NCBI GenBank assembly: GCA_019057795.1
Contig: JAHLWS010000087.1
Coordinates: forward strand, 1 to 64,000
DNA length: 64,000 bases
From: Promethearchaeota archaeon
Lineage (GTDB): Archaea > Asgardarchaeota > Lokiarchaeia > Sigyniarchaeales > SOKP01
Direction: 5' to 3'
How positions within the stretch are numbered: the first letter of the stretch is position 1; each line of letters begins with the position of its first letter. The translations under genes were made by a program, and so were the position numbers. This document shows, piece by piece, positions 1 through 10,103 of the stretch. The notes beneath the pieces are model-generated. The model ran no database searches, had not been told where the DNA came from, and worked only from the letters and a program-made list of their open reading frames with translations.

Positions 1-2
1 AT

Positions 3-548
3 GGTGTAGTACAATGGACTGCTAATGGCACTACAATTTGTACAGCAAGTGGTCCCCAACATGAACCTCAAATCTGTAGCGATGGAGGTGGAGGTGCGAT
101 TATAACGTGGAAAGATTATAGAAGTTCGAATAACGACATTTACGCACAGAGAATAAAGAATTTTGTTCCTACTTCGAATGACCCAACAGATATTACAACA
201 TCTATTAGCGGCACAGAAACTATTAATTGGACTCTGTGCGACGATTCTGGTGGAGATAAATATCGCGTTTTGGTAAACGATACTAACGGAAATTTATATG
301 TATGGGTGGATTGGACTACGTGGACTAACAACACTCCTTTCAGCGTTTCAATTAATCGAACTATATTTGGAGTTTATGATTATTCAATTGAGTATTACGA
401 CGATCAAAGAACATATGGTGTTTCCGATACGGTAATAGTTACGATAAAAGGCACGTCAATTTCGTTTGGATACTATTTTCTTCCATTTTCATTTATTGGC
501 TTAGTTTTTATCATAATAAATTGGCGGCGAAAAATTAATCACAAATAA
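3..548 (+). CDS. 3' part of a cell-surface protein with a propeller-like repeat, an Ig-like domain and a Loki-CTERM-type C-terminal anchor (5' end outside the window)
   Basis: The frame is open from base 3: QWTANGTTICTASGPQHEPQICSDGGGGAIITWKDYRSSNNDIYAQRI..., ending ISFGYYFLPFSFIGLVFIIINWRRKINHK (motif, TM helix, basic tail). The track ORF 270..548 is only its tail. Confidence 0.8.
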   Translation, partial: GVVQWTANGTTICTASGPQHEPQICSDGGGGAIITWKDYRSSNNDIYAQRIKNFVPTSNDPTDITTSISGTETINWTLCDDSGGDKYRVLVNDTNGNLYVWVDWTTWTNNTPFSVSINRTIFGVYDYSIEYYDDQRTYGVSDTVIVTIKGTSISFGYYFLPFSFIGLVFIIINWRRKINHK

Positions 549-733
549 TTTTTTTTATTTAGGTGCTCCACTTGTTGTTATTGGTATAGCAGTAGGTATA
601 GAAAAACGGAAAAGAAATAAATACATTTACAGATAAATCAGATTTTTGATATCTAATTTGAGAGAAATTATAAACTATAAACAGATATAAAATTATAAAA
701 AGGAATAAATTTATTTTAGTAATAAGAACGAAC

Positions 734-895
734 ATGGTCGTGGAAAAAAAAACCCGTGCTCCTATTCACGTTACTCTTTCAGATGTAGAACGAGCATATA
801 AAAAAGTAGAGGAGTTCCAACGCTTAATTGAGCGAGGAAAAACCACAGAACAAATTTTTAAAGATATACTCAAGTTGATTCAAGTTGATAAGTGA
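734..895 (+). CDS. 53-aa small protein, possible antitoxin or partner of the downstream nucleotidyltransferase (not in the ORF track)
   Basis: ATG 734 to TGA 893-895 reads MVVEKKTRAPIHVTLSDVERAYKKVEEFQRLIERGKTTEQIFKDILKLIQVDK. It overlaps the start of 885..1481. Confidence 0.55.
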   Translation: MVVEKKTRAPIHVTLSDVERAYKKVEEFQRLIERGKTTEQIFKDILKLIQVDK

Positions 896-1481
896 TCTTC
901 TTCAAACAATTTTAAAAATAGCTGCCGATTGTAATGTCCCTATCGTTCTTATTGGTGGATTAGCTCTTCCAGCTTATAGCGTAGCAAGAACAACGCTTGA
1001 TATTGATATTTGTATATTTATTATGTCTCAAGAAGAGTTAAACAGATTTGTTGAAGCCTTGAATCAAAACGAGATTTCAACTGTCCAAAAACCAAAAATA
1101 AGTCACAATTTATTTACAGTATTCGGAAAACTCGGGGAAGCAGAGATATGGTTAAAACCTTGTGATGCATTTCATTGGGATGAACAAATGGTCGGAAAAA
1201 TACAACAATTTTTTGATAATGTTTATGTGCTAGCCGTTGAAGATTATATCTTGACTAAACTTGGGAGATCTGATCGTAGTTCGATCGATATAAGTGATAT
1301 CTTAAAAATTATAATTGCGAACAAGAATAAATTAGATTGGAAATACCTTCGTTTTCGATTAAAAAGGATGGATCTAGAAAGCGATTTTAAAGAAATTCTA
1401 AAAGGATTTAGATTAGATTTAAATTATAATTTGCGAAATATCTCAAAAGTCATTTTGGAGAAGTTTAAAAATAATGATTAA
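885..1481 (+). CDS. Nucleotidyltransferase-fold protein (AbiEii/DUF6036-like)
   Basis: LIGGLAL...RTTLDIDI and EDYILTKL...D..DI motifs. Confidence 0.75.
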   Translation: MISDLLQTILKIAADCNVPIVLIGGLALPAYSVARTTLDIDICIFIMSQEELNRFVEALNQNEISTVQKPKISHNLFTVFGKLGEAEIWLKPCDAFHWDEQMVGKIQQFFDNVYVLAVEDYILTKLGRSDRSSIDISDILKIIIANKNKLDWKYLRFRLKRMDLESDFKEILKGFRLDLNYNLRNISKVILEKFKNND

Positions 1482-1536
1482 ATGTTCCTTCCTTCTTAAT
1501 TTTAAAAAACGAGTTTTTAATGACGCATATGAATTG

Positions 1537-2676
1537 TCATTCTTTTGAAGTTTGGTTTTTTTCACTTTGAGTCGAATTAACAAATGCCCATCGCCATATG
1601 AGAAATATGAGTGCGAATATAACTGCTGAAGAGAGTGGAAGCGTTTGTGTTGGTAGAAATTGTAAGATTAATCCACCAAGAATGGGGGTTATAATCTGAC
1701 CAATACTGCCTAACGCGTTATTTACGCCCAACAAACTACCAGTCTCCTCCTTTTTAACAGCTTTGGTTAACTTGCTAGTAAGAATGGGACGAACTACACC
1801 TGATCCAAATGCTAAAAAGCTAATTGGAATATACACGATCCAGTAGCTAGTGGAAAAAATAAGAAACGTCATGGTGAAAATCATAGCGAAAATACCTAAC
1901 CTTAGAGTTGTGTTTTCACTTAACTTCTTCAATAAAGGATTGATGAGAGCACTTTGGAAAATGACCCTAAGCACTCCAATCCAGGCCATATAAAAACTAA
2001 CCTCTAGGACAGTAACATTAAATTGTTTTTCAGCCAAGAGTGCAAATGTTGAAATGAATAGAAAAAATCCGAAATTATAGATGAAAAAAACCAGTAAAGT
2101 ACCCCGAATTTTAGCAGTTTTAAAAAACCGTTTGGCTTCTTTAATTGGGATTATATCTCCGAACTTAAAATCTAATTTAATCTCTCTCTCTCTTTTATTT
2201 AGTGATTCAGGTAAAAAAATTAATACCAATATTATGGAGAGAAGGCTAACTCCAGCAGCAAAAAACATGGGAACCGAATAGTTGATTGTTGATAATATTC
2301 CACCAATTACGGGCCCAAATATTAACCCGGCACCAAAAACAGCGCTTGAATAACCGAAAGTTTTAGTTCGATATTTAGGATTTGTCACATCGCTAATATA
2401 CGCTTGAGCAACAGTCATATTACTTCCAAGAAGACCGTCTACAAGACGAGCTGCAACTAATATCCAGACATTACCGGCGATTCCAAGGAGAAAAAATCCT
2501 ATTAGTGTGCTAGTCTGACTGAAAAGTAGTAATGGTTTTCTTCCGTATTTATCACTAAGTTTTCCAGTAATTGGACTAGCGAAAAGTTGGCATAGGCTAA
2601 AAATACTTAGAACTAAACCAACTTGAAACGCATTCAAACCTAAAGAAATTCCTAAAAATGGAATTATAGGCATCAC
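1537..2676 (-). CDS. TetA/DHA1-like MFS transporter; the first TM helix is interrupted by an in-frame TAA at 2704-2706 (possible pseudogene)
   Basis: Motif A GKLSDKYGRKP, and GPVIGG. The upstream in-frame sequence reads KRLLIIFMI*FTEVLGFSS. Confidence 0.85.
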   Translation of the reverse strand: MMPIIPFLGISLGLNAFQVGLVLSIFSLCQLFASPITGKLSDKYGRKPLLLFSQTSTLIGFFLLGIAGNVWILVAARLVDGLLGSNMTVAQAYISDVTNPKYRTKTFGYSSAVFGAGLIFGPVIGGILSTINYSVPMFFAAGVSLLSIILVLIFLPESLNKREREIKLDFKFGDIIPIKEAKRFFKTAKIRGTLLVFFIYNFGFFLFISTFALLAEKQFNVTVLEVSFYMAWIGVLRVIFQSALINPLLKKLSENTTLRLGIFAMIFTMTFLIFSTSYWIVYIPISFLAFGSGVVRPILTSKLTKAVKKEETGSLLGVNNALGSIGQIITPILGGLILQFLPTQTLPLSSAVIFALIFLIWRWAFVNSTQSEKNQTSKE

Positions 2677-2826
2677 ACTGCTAAATCCTAAAACTTCCGT
2701 AAATTATATCATGAAAATGATTAAAAGACGTTTGTCGAGTTTCTCACTTTGATCTTGTGTTGTCGTATGAATAGGGCTTCACATTTTTATTAATTTGTTA
2801 ATTATTAAATTTAGAGCAACTATCTA

Positions 2827-3204
2827 TTATCCTTTAGATACATTTCCGTTGAATGAAGAAAATTGATTGAATATTTTAGCATCTCCTTCAATTTTGGCAA
2901 AGATATTCACTGGAGATGCTGCTTTTGGTTTATCATCCTTACTCACTGGAGTGGGACCAAAAAAGATACAAAACCCCTTTCCATCGGGCCAGTATCCAAT
3001 ATCACCTACTTCACAAACAACCTGTGAATTCTCCTTTTCAATTGAAACGGGGATTTCTCCATATAGTTCTTCCCCCCATCTAGACAAATTCAATTCAAAA
3101 GGGAGGTTTTCCCAAATTGTCTTACAGGTTTCCGGATTTTTTTCAGTAAGTAATTTAGCTTTAATTCGACCAATTTTCTCGTTTTCAATAATTATGTAAT
3201 CCAT
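2827..3204 (-). CDS. Cyclophilin-like fold protein (DUF369/TM1367-like)
   Basis: NPETCKTIWENLPF, RWGEELY and VGDIGYWPDGKGFCIFFGPTP signatures. Confidence 0.8.
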   Translation of the reverse strand: MDYIIIENEKIGRIKAKLLTEKNPETCKTIWENLPFELNLSRWGEELYGEIPVSIEKENSQVVCEVGDIGYWPDGKGFCIFFGPTPVSKDDKPKAASPVNIFAKIEGDAKIFNQFSSFNGNVSKG

Positions 3205-3335
3205 AAAGTAATCACTAATAAAAGTAATATTACATTAGATAATTACCTTTCATATTTAAACAGAGTTTTAATAAACAATAAGATTATTAAACATAATAAA
3301 AAGAAGATATTAAGGGAATATATGGTTGAAATTTT

Positions 3336-4147
3336 ATGATCTTAGAGAACACCTTTAAACTCGTTCTAGATATTTATAAATATCATAAAATCATACCACC
3401 AAGAGTCAGTAAAGTAGTTATTGGGTTGGGATATACGGGCGTTGAATTAGAAGCATTATCTTACGATCCCTTTTTAGGGTTAGCGGCTACTTTACCTGCT
3501 ATTATACAATCAACCAATTGTACCAAAATCGATTTTGCAGGAAGCTTAACTAATAAGTCTTTTAAAGAATTAATGAGTTGGTCATATCAACCTCCTAGTT
3601 TAGAAAAAATTATCGGTATCGCAACTTTAAATGCGGCATCTCAACATATTTTAGCAGTGAAATCCCCATATAAAGAGATTGAGGGAGATTTAGTAGATTT
3701 TTTAAAACAAAACAAGCTACAAAAATCCTCTTCATTGGTTTCATGAAACCTATGATAAGAAAGATTTTGAACAAAACCAAATTCATTAGCATAATTGATA
3801 ACAACCCTTCAATTAAGAGATCTTATCAAAATATCCCAATATTAAATGATATCGACGATTTAAAGGAAAGTAATTTAGCAATAGATATTCTATTTTGTAC
3901 AGGAACATCGTTAATCAATAATACGCTTGAAAAGATCTTATCTGTGTTTAAAAATAAAGCTAAATATGTTGTTTTAATCGGACCAAGCATCAGCTTTCTA
4001 CCTGATATTTTATTTGATAAAGGTGTGGATATCGTAGGAGGTATGAATATAATTGATTCTGAATCAGTAATTAAAGTTCTGCAAGAGGGTGGCGGAATGA
4101 AATTCTTTAAGAAATATGGAAGAAAGTACAATTTTATTAAACAATAA
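3336..4147 (+). pseudogene. DUF364/Rossmann-like protein split by a -1 frameshift near 3698-3707 (track ORFs 3336..3746 and 3743..4147)
   Basis: The N-half has VIGLGYTGV and IGIATLNAASQ. The -1 frame continues KTKQATKILFIGFMKPM...CTGTSLINNT...IGPS...GVDIVGG, the DUF364 C-half. Confidence 0.75.
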
Positions 4148-4249
4148 ATCGCTTTACGACATAGAGTCAGAAGATAATAATTGTTTTTTCTTCATTTAAA
4201 AAATTTTTAAATAGAATCTTTAAGTATATTTACTAAGGTTGATAAGATA

Positions 4250-4690
4250 ATGGTTCAAAAAAATTCAGAAAAATTGCCAAATAATCCCATAGAAGCTCAA
4301 GGGATATTGATAAAAGAATTTTATAAAAAATTCGGAAAGGAAGCATTACCTATTATAGAAAGTGTTTGTGGAAGACAAGGTCGTGCTTTAGGCTTAAAAG
4401 TAATGAAAAAATTACCAGATAATAAATTAACAACTGTAGCACGTGCTTTTTCAAAGAGCTTTAATCCTAATTTTGTTAAGATAATTTCTGTCTCGGATGA
4501 AAAATTTCAAATTCAAGGCACCAGGTGTCCTTTTGGCCTTGAAAATACAGCTAGGGCGTTATGCGAAGCCGTTATGGCAATCGACCACGAGTATTTTCGC
4601 GAAGCGGTTAGTGATAAGGTCGAACTTAAGATTCTTAAAACCGTTGCAGCAGGCGATCAATATTGTGATACAATTTACACGCTAAAATAA
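4250..4690 (+). CDS. V4R/ATC-hydrolase-like small ligand-binding domain protein
   Basis: GRQGRALG helix, RCPF...LCEAVMAID...TVAAGDQYC Cys pattern. Confidence 0.6.
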   Translation: MVQKNSEKLPNNPIEAQGILIKEFYKKFGKEALPIIESVCGRQGRALGLKVMKKLPDNKLTTVARAFSKSFNPNFVKIISVSDEKFQIQGTRCPFGLENTARALCEAVMAIDHEYFREAVSDKVELKILKTVAAGDQYCDTIYTLK

Positions 4691-4813
4691 AAAAGTTTTA
4701 TCAAAATTATTTGCAGAAAAGCATATAACTTAGTAAGGAAAATATCTAATATATTAATAAAAATTAAAAATTAAAAAAAACAAATTTCAAATAAATTAAT
4801 TAAATTAATCCAA

Positions 4814-5359
4814 TTGATTGATATGAATGAGAATGACTCAAAATATAATTTTAAAGTACTAATTATTGGACCTGGAGCAGTAGGAAAAACTAGTCTTATT
4901 AATAGGTTTGTCCACAATCAATTTTCTTTAAAGTATAAATTTACAATTGGAGCAGATTTTCTTATGAAAAATGTAGAGTATAAACCATCCAAAACTGCTA
5001 AGCTCACAATATGGGATATTGGAGGTCAAGAAAGGTTTCGATTCCTAAATCGCAGTTTTTACAAAGGGGCTAATGGAGCATTATTAGTTTTTGATCTTAC
5101 GAGGGAAAATACTTATATTGAAACTAAAAGATGGTTAAATGATATGCGGACAATTCTTAAAGACAAAATTCCTGTGGTATTAATAGGAAATAAATTAGAT
5201 TTGATTCCTGAAATTGGTGAAGTTGTAGATCGAAAAGATACCCGACAATTTGCTAAGAAAGAAAATTTATGGTATATTGAAACCTCTGCTAAAACAGGAG
5301 ATAATGTTGAAGAAGCTTTTGTTGAATTAACTCTTCGAATACTGAAAAATATTTCTTGA
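4814..5359 (+). CDS. Rab-like small GTPase (eukaryotic signature protein)
   Basis: G1 GPGAVGKT, G2 TIGADF, G3 WDIGGQE, G4 GNKLD, G5 ETSAK. There is no C-terminal prenylation Cys. Confidence 0.95.
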   Translation: MIDMNENDSKYNFKVLIIGPGAVGKTSLINRFVHNQFSLKYKFTIGADFLMKNVEYKPSKTAKLTIWDIGGQERFRFLNRSFYKGANGALLVFDLTRENTYIETKRWLNDMRTILKDKIPVVLIGNKLDLIPEIGEVVDRKDTRQFAKKENLWYIETSAKTGDNVEEAFVELTLRILKNIS

Positions 5360-5451
5360 TTTACACAAGGAAAACATTCCAACAATTCTACCTAATTATT
5401 ACTGAATAATATAAAAATTAAAATAAAAAAATTTGTTCTTTGATTAGATTA

Positions 5452-6675
5452 CTAATTACTATAAAACTCGCGGTTAATCCAAGTGAAGAAAAACTCCATT
5501 TGTGGAAACATTTTAATTTGAAGATAATGTGGTAAAAAATATTGAAGATATAAAATGGGTTTCCAAAAATTAACCTCTCCATAAGCCATAACATGTTCTT
5601 TTATTTGTTTAAGAATATCTTGGTCGGGCCAACTTGAATCAGGATGTAAGGAGTAATCAATATTTTTGCCTTTTGTATTAATCATTGCATATTTTACGAG
5701 ATGAAACGGATAAGCAAGGATTTCTGAAGCAACTTTGTCTCCTCTTATCATATCCTTAGAGATTATCATGCGATCAAAGTTTTCTACGGAGTATATAAAA
5801 TGTGGACCTACTCCAGTACCTATATCGTAAGCAGCTAATATGTTGATATCGGGAGACATTATTCTGGCAGCAGCGGCTACAGCTCGATCAATTCTTTCAT
5901 ACTTACGATGATATTTTGATTTTCTAAATTCTGCTATGGCACCATACATGTTCTTCTGATTACAAGTAATTCCACATTCCCAATGATGCTTAGGAGGAGC
6001 AAAGCTTACAATTTTGACTTGTGGTTTCAATAAAATTTCTGGTAATCTTAATGGTATTGTTAGATGATGGCAATGCATTTCTACTGAAGTATATTTTGAT
6101 AAGTTTACAAATTTACAATTATTTCTCTTCAACATATCAAAATAACCCCTAATTTTTAGCAACTTATCGTGGATAATACGTGCTCTCATATTAGCCTCGC
6201 AAACAAACGGGTTGGCTCCCATTATTCGGAGTTTTTTAATTATTGCTTCACAAATCTCTGGGTCAGAATATGTAACAGGAACATAATCAATACCACCACC
6301 TATATTTACTTTAATAGCAACAATATCTCCTTTATTAATTATAGACTCGGCTTCAATTTTATCAAACGCGTCAGAAACAGATTTAAATAATTCTTTTCCT
6401 TTTTTTAGCTTTTGGATTAATACTACATCATCTTTCTTTAAAACATTATGCTCTTTTTCTTGACCTATTAACTTACCATTATTTTGTGAAACAATATATC
6501 TTTCCGTCTCGTACTTAATCAATTTTTTCAAATCAAAATTCTTTATATCATATCCTATAGAATTAAAAAGTAAAAGTAATAATAAAAAAAAAGAATAATG
6601 TTTATTGAGTTTCTCCGTATTTCTCTTTCCAGATAGGATCGTTGATTTGTAAAACCCTTCTCTGGACTTTTCCAA
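5452..6675 (-). CDS. DUF362 family Fe-S protein (true start probably at or downstream of TTG 6531)
   Basis: VAIKVN, KHHWECGITCNQKNMYG. The first ~48 residues look like translated intergenic poly-T overlapping the upstream gene. Confidence 0.7.
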   Translation of the reverse strand: MEKSREGFYKSTILSGKRNTEKLNKHYSFFLLLLLLFNSIGYDIKNFDLKKLIKYETERYIVSQNNGKLIGQEKEHNVLKKDDVVLIQKLKKGKELFKSVSDAFDKIEAESIINKGDIVAIKVNIGGGIDYVPVTYSDPEICEAIIKKLRIMGANPFVCEANMRARIIHDKLLKIRGYFDMLKRNNCKFVNLSKYTSVEMHCHHLTIPLRLPEILLKPQVKIVSFAPPKHHWECGITCNQKNMYGAIAEFRKSKYHRKYERIDRAVAAAARIMSPDINILAAYDIGTGVGPHFIYSVENFDRMIISKDMIRGDKVASEILAYPFHLVKYAMINTKGKNIDYSLHPDSSWPDQDILKQIKEHVMAYGEVNFWKPILYLQYFLPHYLQIKMFPQMEFFFTWINREFYSN

Positions 6676-8362
6676 CCATAGATTTTGGAATTTCGTCTAT
6701 AATTTCAATTTGTTTAGGACACTTATAATGCGTAATATTTTCTTTACTCCAAGCAATTAGCTCTTCAGAAGTAACTTTACCCACTGATTCATCTTCTAGT
6801 TGGACCCAAGCTTTTACTAGTTCTCCCGTTTCAAGATCAGGCAACCCAGAAACAGCTACTTCCATTACATCAGGGTGAGCGCCCAATAGATCTTCTACTT
6901 CCTTTGGAAAAACAGAATAGCCCTTATATTTAATCATTTGCTTCTTTCTATCTCGAATAACCATTTGTCCTTCTTCGTCCATGTAACCAATATCTCCTGT
7001 TAAACACCAAATTCGTCCTTCCCACTCCCTTAAGGTTTCTGCTGTGGCTTCAGGCCTATTTAAATAACCTTTCATTACTTGTGGACCACATACACAGATT
7101 TCTCCTGTAAAATCTATTCCGTAACCTTTTAATTGTCCCTTACTGAAATCTTCTGAATCAAATATAGCCCATTCAACACCAGGTAAGGGTAAACCAATGG
7201 TTCCTGGGGTATCTGTTCCGTTGAATGGTCCTATACTTACTGCAGTTGTACATTCCGTAAGTCCATAAGCCTCAACAAGGTGTCCATTACTGATTGCTTC
7301 GAATGCATCCTTTACGGGTTTATGAAGCGGTCCCGCACCACTAACGCACAGACGAAACATATTTTCCAATCTAGGTTCAGGATTCGCTTTTAAGTAGCGA
7401 GTTAAACCAATGAAAAGAGCTTCAACTCCAGGTAATATGACTCCCCCTTCAGGACCAACTTCTATTATGGTATCTACTACTTCTTTTAAATCCAATTCTC
7501 TTTTTGCGAAAAGAATGTTAAAATCGCCCCCTTCAATAACGACATTTTGAACAATTGTCATCCCAAAAGCGTGGAACATGGGTAAAATACCAATACATGC
7601 AATTGGGTGAGTTGCATCGGGCATCCACATCACATTTTGCTTAGCATTAGTCACACAGTTGTAGTGAGTGATAATAGCAGGTTTGGGAACACCTGTTGTT
7701 CCTCCAGTCATTAAATAAACGGCCGGATCATTTAAAGGATCAATTTCAACTTCCGGAATGTCAATTTCACCGCGTTTTTGGCATACATCAAGGAATTTAA
7801 TAGCGCCTGGAACTTCTCCTGAGGGAATAGTCCCATCAGCCAGCATTTGCTCCTTAATCGCTGGAGGTATCGCAGCTAAATCAATAATACAGGTAGAAAT
7901 CACGAAGTCAAATTTATATTTATCTTGTATGGGTTTAATCAAACCATACATTACATCCATACAAATCAATCCTTTAGGTTTCACTTGCTGTAGTACATGA
8001 AGGATTTCTAGCGGTTTATATGTAGGATTAATCGGAATAACTATGGCTCCTAATTTAACAGTCGCAAAATAGGTTATTGTAAATTGGAAACAATTTGGAA
8101 GTAGAATTGCGACAACATCCCCTTTTTTTATTCCTTGCCGTGATAAAGAGGTAGCGAGAGAATCCGTATATTTTCGCAGTACTCTATAATTCATGAATGT
8201 TTTTGCGAACCATATACACTTATTCTTAGCAAATTCCTCAGTCTTTTGGTCAAACCAGTCTCCTAAACTAATAACTGGAAACTCTGGATGTTTTGGGACG
8301 CCATCTTGGTATTTCTTAAGCCAAGGTTTACTATCATCAACATACCATTTAGGTACTGTCAT
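6602..8362 (-). CDS. Long-chain fatty acid--CoA ligase (ANL family)
   Basis: MTGGTTGVPK, YGLTE, TGDIG, DRKKQMIK and PKSMVGK motifs. Confidence 0.93.
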   Translation of the reverse strand: MTVPKWYVDDSKPWLKKYQDGVPKHPEFPVISLGDWFDQKTEEFAKNKCIWFAKTFMNYRVLRKYTDSLATSLSRQGIKKGDVVAILLPNCFQFTITYFATVKLGAIVIPINPTYKPLEILHVLQQVKPKGLICMDVMYGLIKPIQDKYKFDFVISTCIIDLAAIPPAIKEQMLADGTIPSGEVPGAIKFLDVCQKRGEIDIPEVEIDPLNDPAVYLMTGGTTGVPKPAIITHYNCVTNAKQNVMWMPDATHPIACIGILPMFHAFGMTIVQNVVIEGGDFNILFAKRELDLKEVVDTIIEVGPEGGVILPGVEALFIGLTRYLKANPEPRLENMFRLCVSGAGPLHKPVKDAFEAISNGHLVEAYGLTECTTAVSIGPFNGTDTPGTIGLPLPGVEWAIFDSEDFSKGQLKGYGIDFTGEICVCGPQVMKGYLNRPEATAETLREWEGRIWCLTGDIGYMDEEGQMVIRDRKKQMIKYKGYSVFPKEVEDLLGAHPDVMEVAVSGLPDLETGELVKAWVQLEDESVGKVTSEELIAWSKENITHYKCPKQIEIIDEIPKSMVGKVQRRVLQINDPIWKEKYGETQ

Positions 8363-8579
8363 AAAATTTCTACTCTTAAAATAATTTTTTTTTTAATTAT
8401 AATGGTGTGAATATATTTGATTTTTATATTTATAAATCTAATTGGTTATGATAAATTTTAAATCATAATTAGAAGTATTTGTTTTAAAAAAATAAAAAAG
8501 AAGAGTTATAACGATTTATAAAGCGCTTCACCAAGATTAGTTGTACGAGGGTCGCTTGTGATTGACATCACCATATTAT

Positions 8580-8810
8580 TCATAACAAACGCAAAGCTGG
8601 TCTTTTTCTATCTTCATAAATTTCTTCAATGATTCCATCCCATTCATCATCATCTTTGAAAACTCCAGCCAAATCCTCTAACAACTTTGTTTTAGATTTT
8701 GTTCTTTTTAGTAATCTGTTAATTAGATCAGCAAAAGATTCCCCTTTCCGCTTTTCTTTACGTAACTTATCGTATGTTTCAAGGGGCAATGAAATAGTTT
8801 TATTTACCAT
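8580..8810 (-). CDS. VapB-type antitoxin (DUF217-like), apparently orphan
   Basis: KTISLPLETYDKLRKEKRKGESFADLINRLL...LEDLAG. No PIN gene follows. Confidence 0.8.
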   Translation of the reverse strand: MVNKTISLPLETYDKLRKEKRKGESFADLINRLLKRTKSKTKLLEDLAGVFKDDDEWDGIIEEIYEDRKRPALRLL

Positions 8811-8882
8811 AATAGAATAATATCAATAAATTATATATCTTTTTTTGTAATCTATTACTAATTGGATAATTAGGAAGAGAAA

Positions 8883-10103
8883 CTAAGGTAAGACTCTATT
8901 TCCGCAACAATATTTATACTTTTTTCCGCTTCCACACGAACACGGCTCGTTTCTTCCAATCTTTTTTGTTTTAAAGGGCGTGGGAGCGTTAATTTGGTGC
9001 TCAGATTTAAATTTTTCTGCTATACTTTTAAAGCGAGGTAATGTACGAGAATAAAACATCTTCCAACCTTTGCATAGAACACTTAACTCTTTTGAAAAGT
9101 TAGGCGCTCCAAAGCGAAATTTTTGGCAATCTCCATGACATAAATTAAGATAAGGGCATAAATCGCATTCTTTATTCCAATTTGCTTTTTGATTTCCAAA
9201 GCTTTGATATTTCTTCGATAATATAAGACTTTCCCATGAATCGGCTTTAACATTTCCTAATAATAGGTCATCGCGTACAAAAAAGTCACACGGGTATACG
9301 CTACCGTTGTATTCAACAACAAAATATTGAACGCAACTTTTTCCCATATAACAAACGTTATAACGTCCATAGACTAAATATTCCATAATTGAGTCGAATA
9401 AACGAATTGAAACCTTATTCAAATCTTCTTTTATCCACTCCTCGAATAAATCGGAGAGAAATTTACCCCAATCTTCTCCATTAATAGAAAATGGTCTAAG
9501 CTTACCCTCCTCATCAAACTCAACACAGGGAATGTACTGATGGAAATAAAAACCGTTTTTAAGGTGATATTGATAAATTTCCCTTGCTTTTTTTACAGTC
9601 TCGTTGTTAATTAACGTTAGAATGTTAAATTCAACGCCATACCGTTTAAGACGCTCTATACCGCACATGACTAAGGCATGGGTGGGTTTCTGACCAATTG
9701 TTTTTCTGTAGTGATCGTGAAGATATTCCGGTCCATCTAAACTGACTCCTACAAGAAATTTGTATTCCCCAAAAAACTTAGCCATTTCCTCCGTTATTAA
9801 AGTAGCGTTGGTTTGAAGGCCGTTACTTATTGAAGAACCAGGTGGAGCGTATTTCAATTGGAGTTCAACGACTTTTTTGAAGAATTTAAGACCCATTAAC
9901 GTAGGTTCTCCACCCTGCCACCCGAAAGAATATTGTTTTTTCTGATCAGTGTTCATATAACTTTTAATTATGATTTCCAATATCTCGTCAGACATTCGAG
10001 GGATTTTATTTGCATTTTCTAGGTGATCTATGTAGAAACAGTATTCGCATCTAAGGTTACAATCTGCTGAGGCTGGTTTGATTAGAAGCGAGAACGATTT
10101 CAT
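8883..10103 (-). CDS. Anaerobic sulfatase maturase (radical SAM/SPASM) with C-terminal SEC-C motif
   Basis: CNLRCEYCFY, WQGGEPTL, YPCDFF, SPASM cysteines, GRNEPCSCGSGKKYKYCC. Confidence 0.92.
   Translation of the reverse strand: MKSFSLLIKPASADCNLRCEYCFYIDHLENANKIPRMSDEILEIIIKSYMNTDQKKQYSFGWQGGEPTLMGLKFFKKVVELQLKYAPPGSSISNGLQTNATLITEEMAKFFGEYKFLVGVSLDGPEYLHDHYRKTIGQKPTHALVMCGIERLKRYGVEFNILTLINNETVKKAREIYQYHLKNGFYFHQYIPCVEFDEEGKLRPFSINGEDWGKFLSDLFEEWIKEDLNKVSIRLFDSIMEYLVYGRYNVCYMGKSCVQYFVVEYNGSVYPCDFFVRDDLLLGNVKADSWESLILSKKYQSFGNQKANWNKECDLCPYLNLCHGDCQKFRFGAPNFSKELSVLCKGWKMFYSRTLPRFKSIAEKFKSEHQINAPTPFKTKKIGRNEPCSCGSGKKYKYCCGNRVLP

Noticed and set aside
6602-6675. 74-nt overlap between the acyl-CoA ligase and DUF362 genes
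   Set aside because: This is an artefact of longest-ORF start choice; the extension is translated T-rich intergenic sequence.
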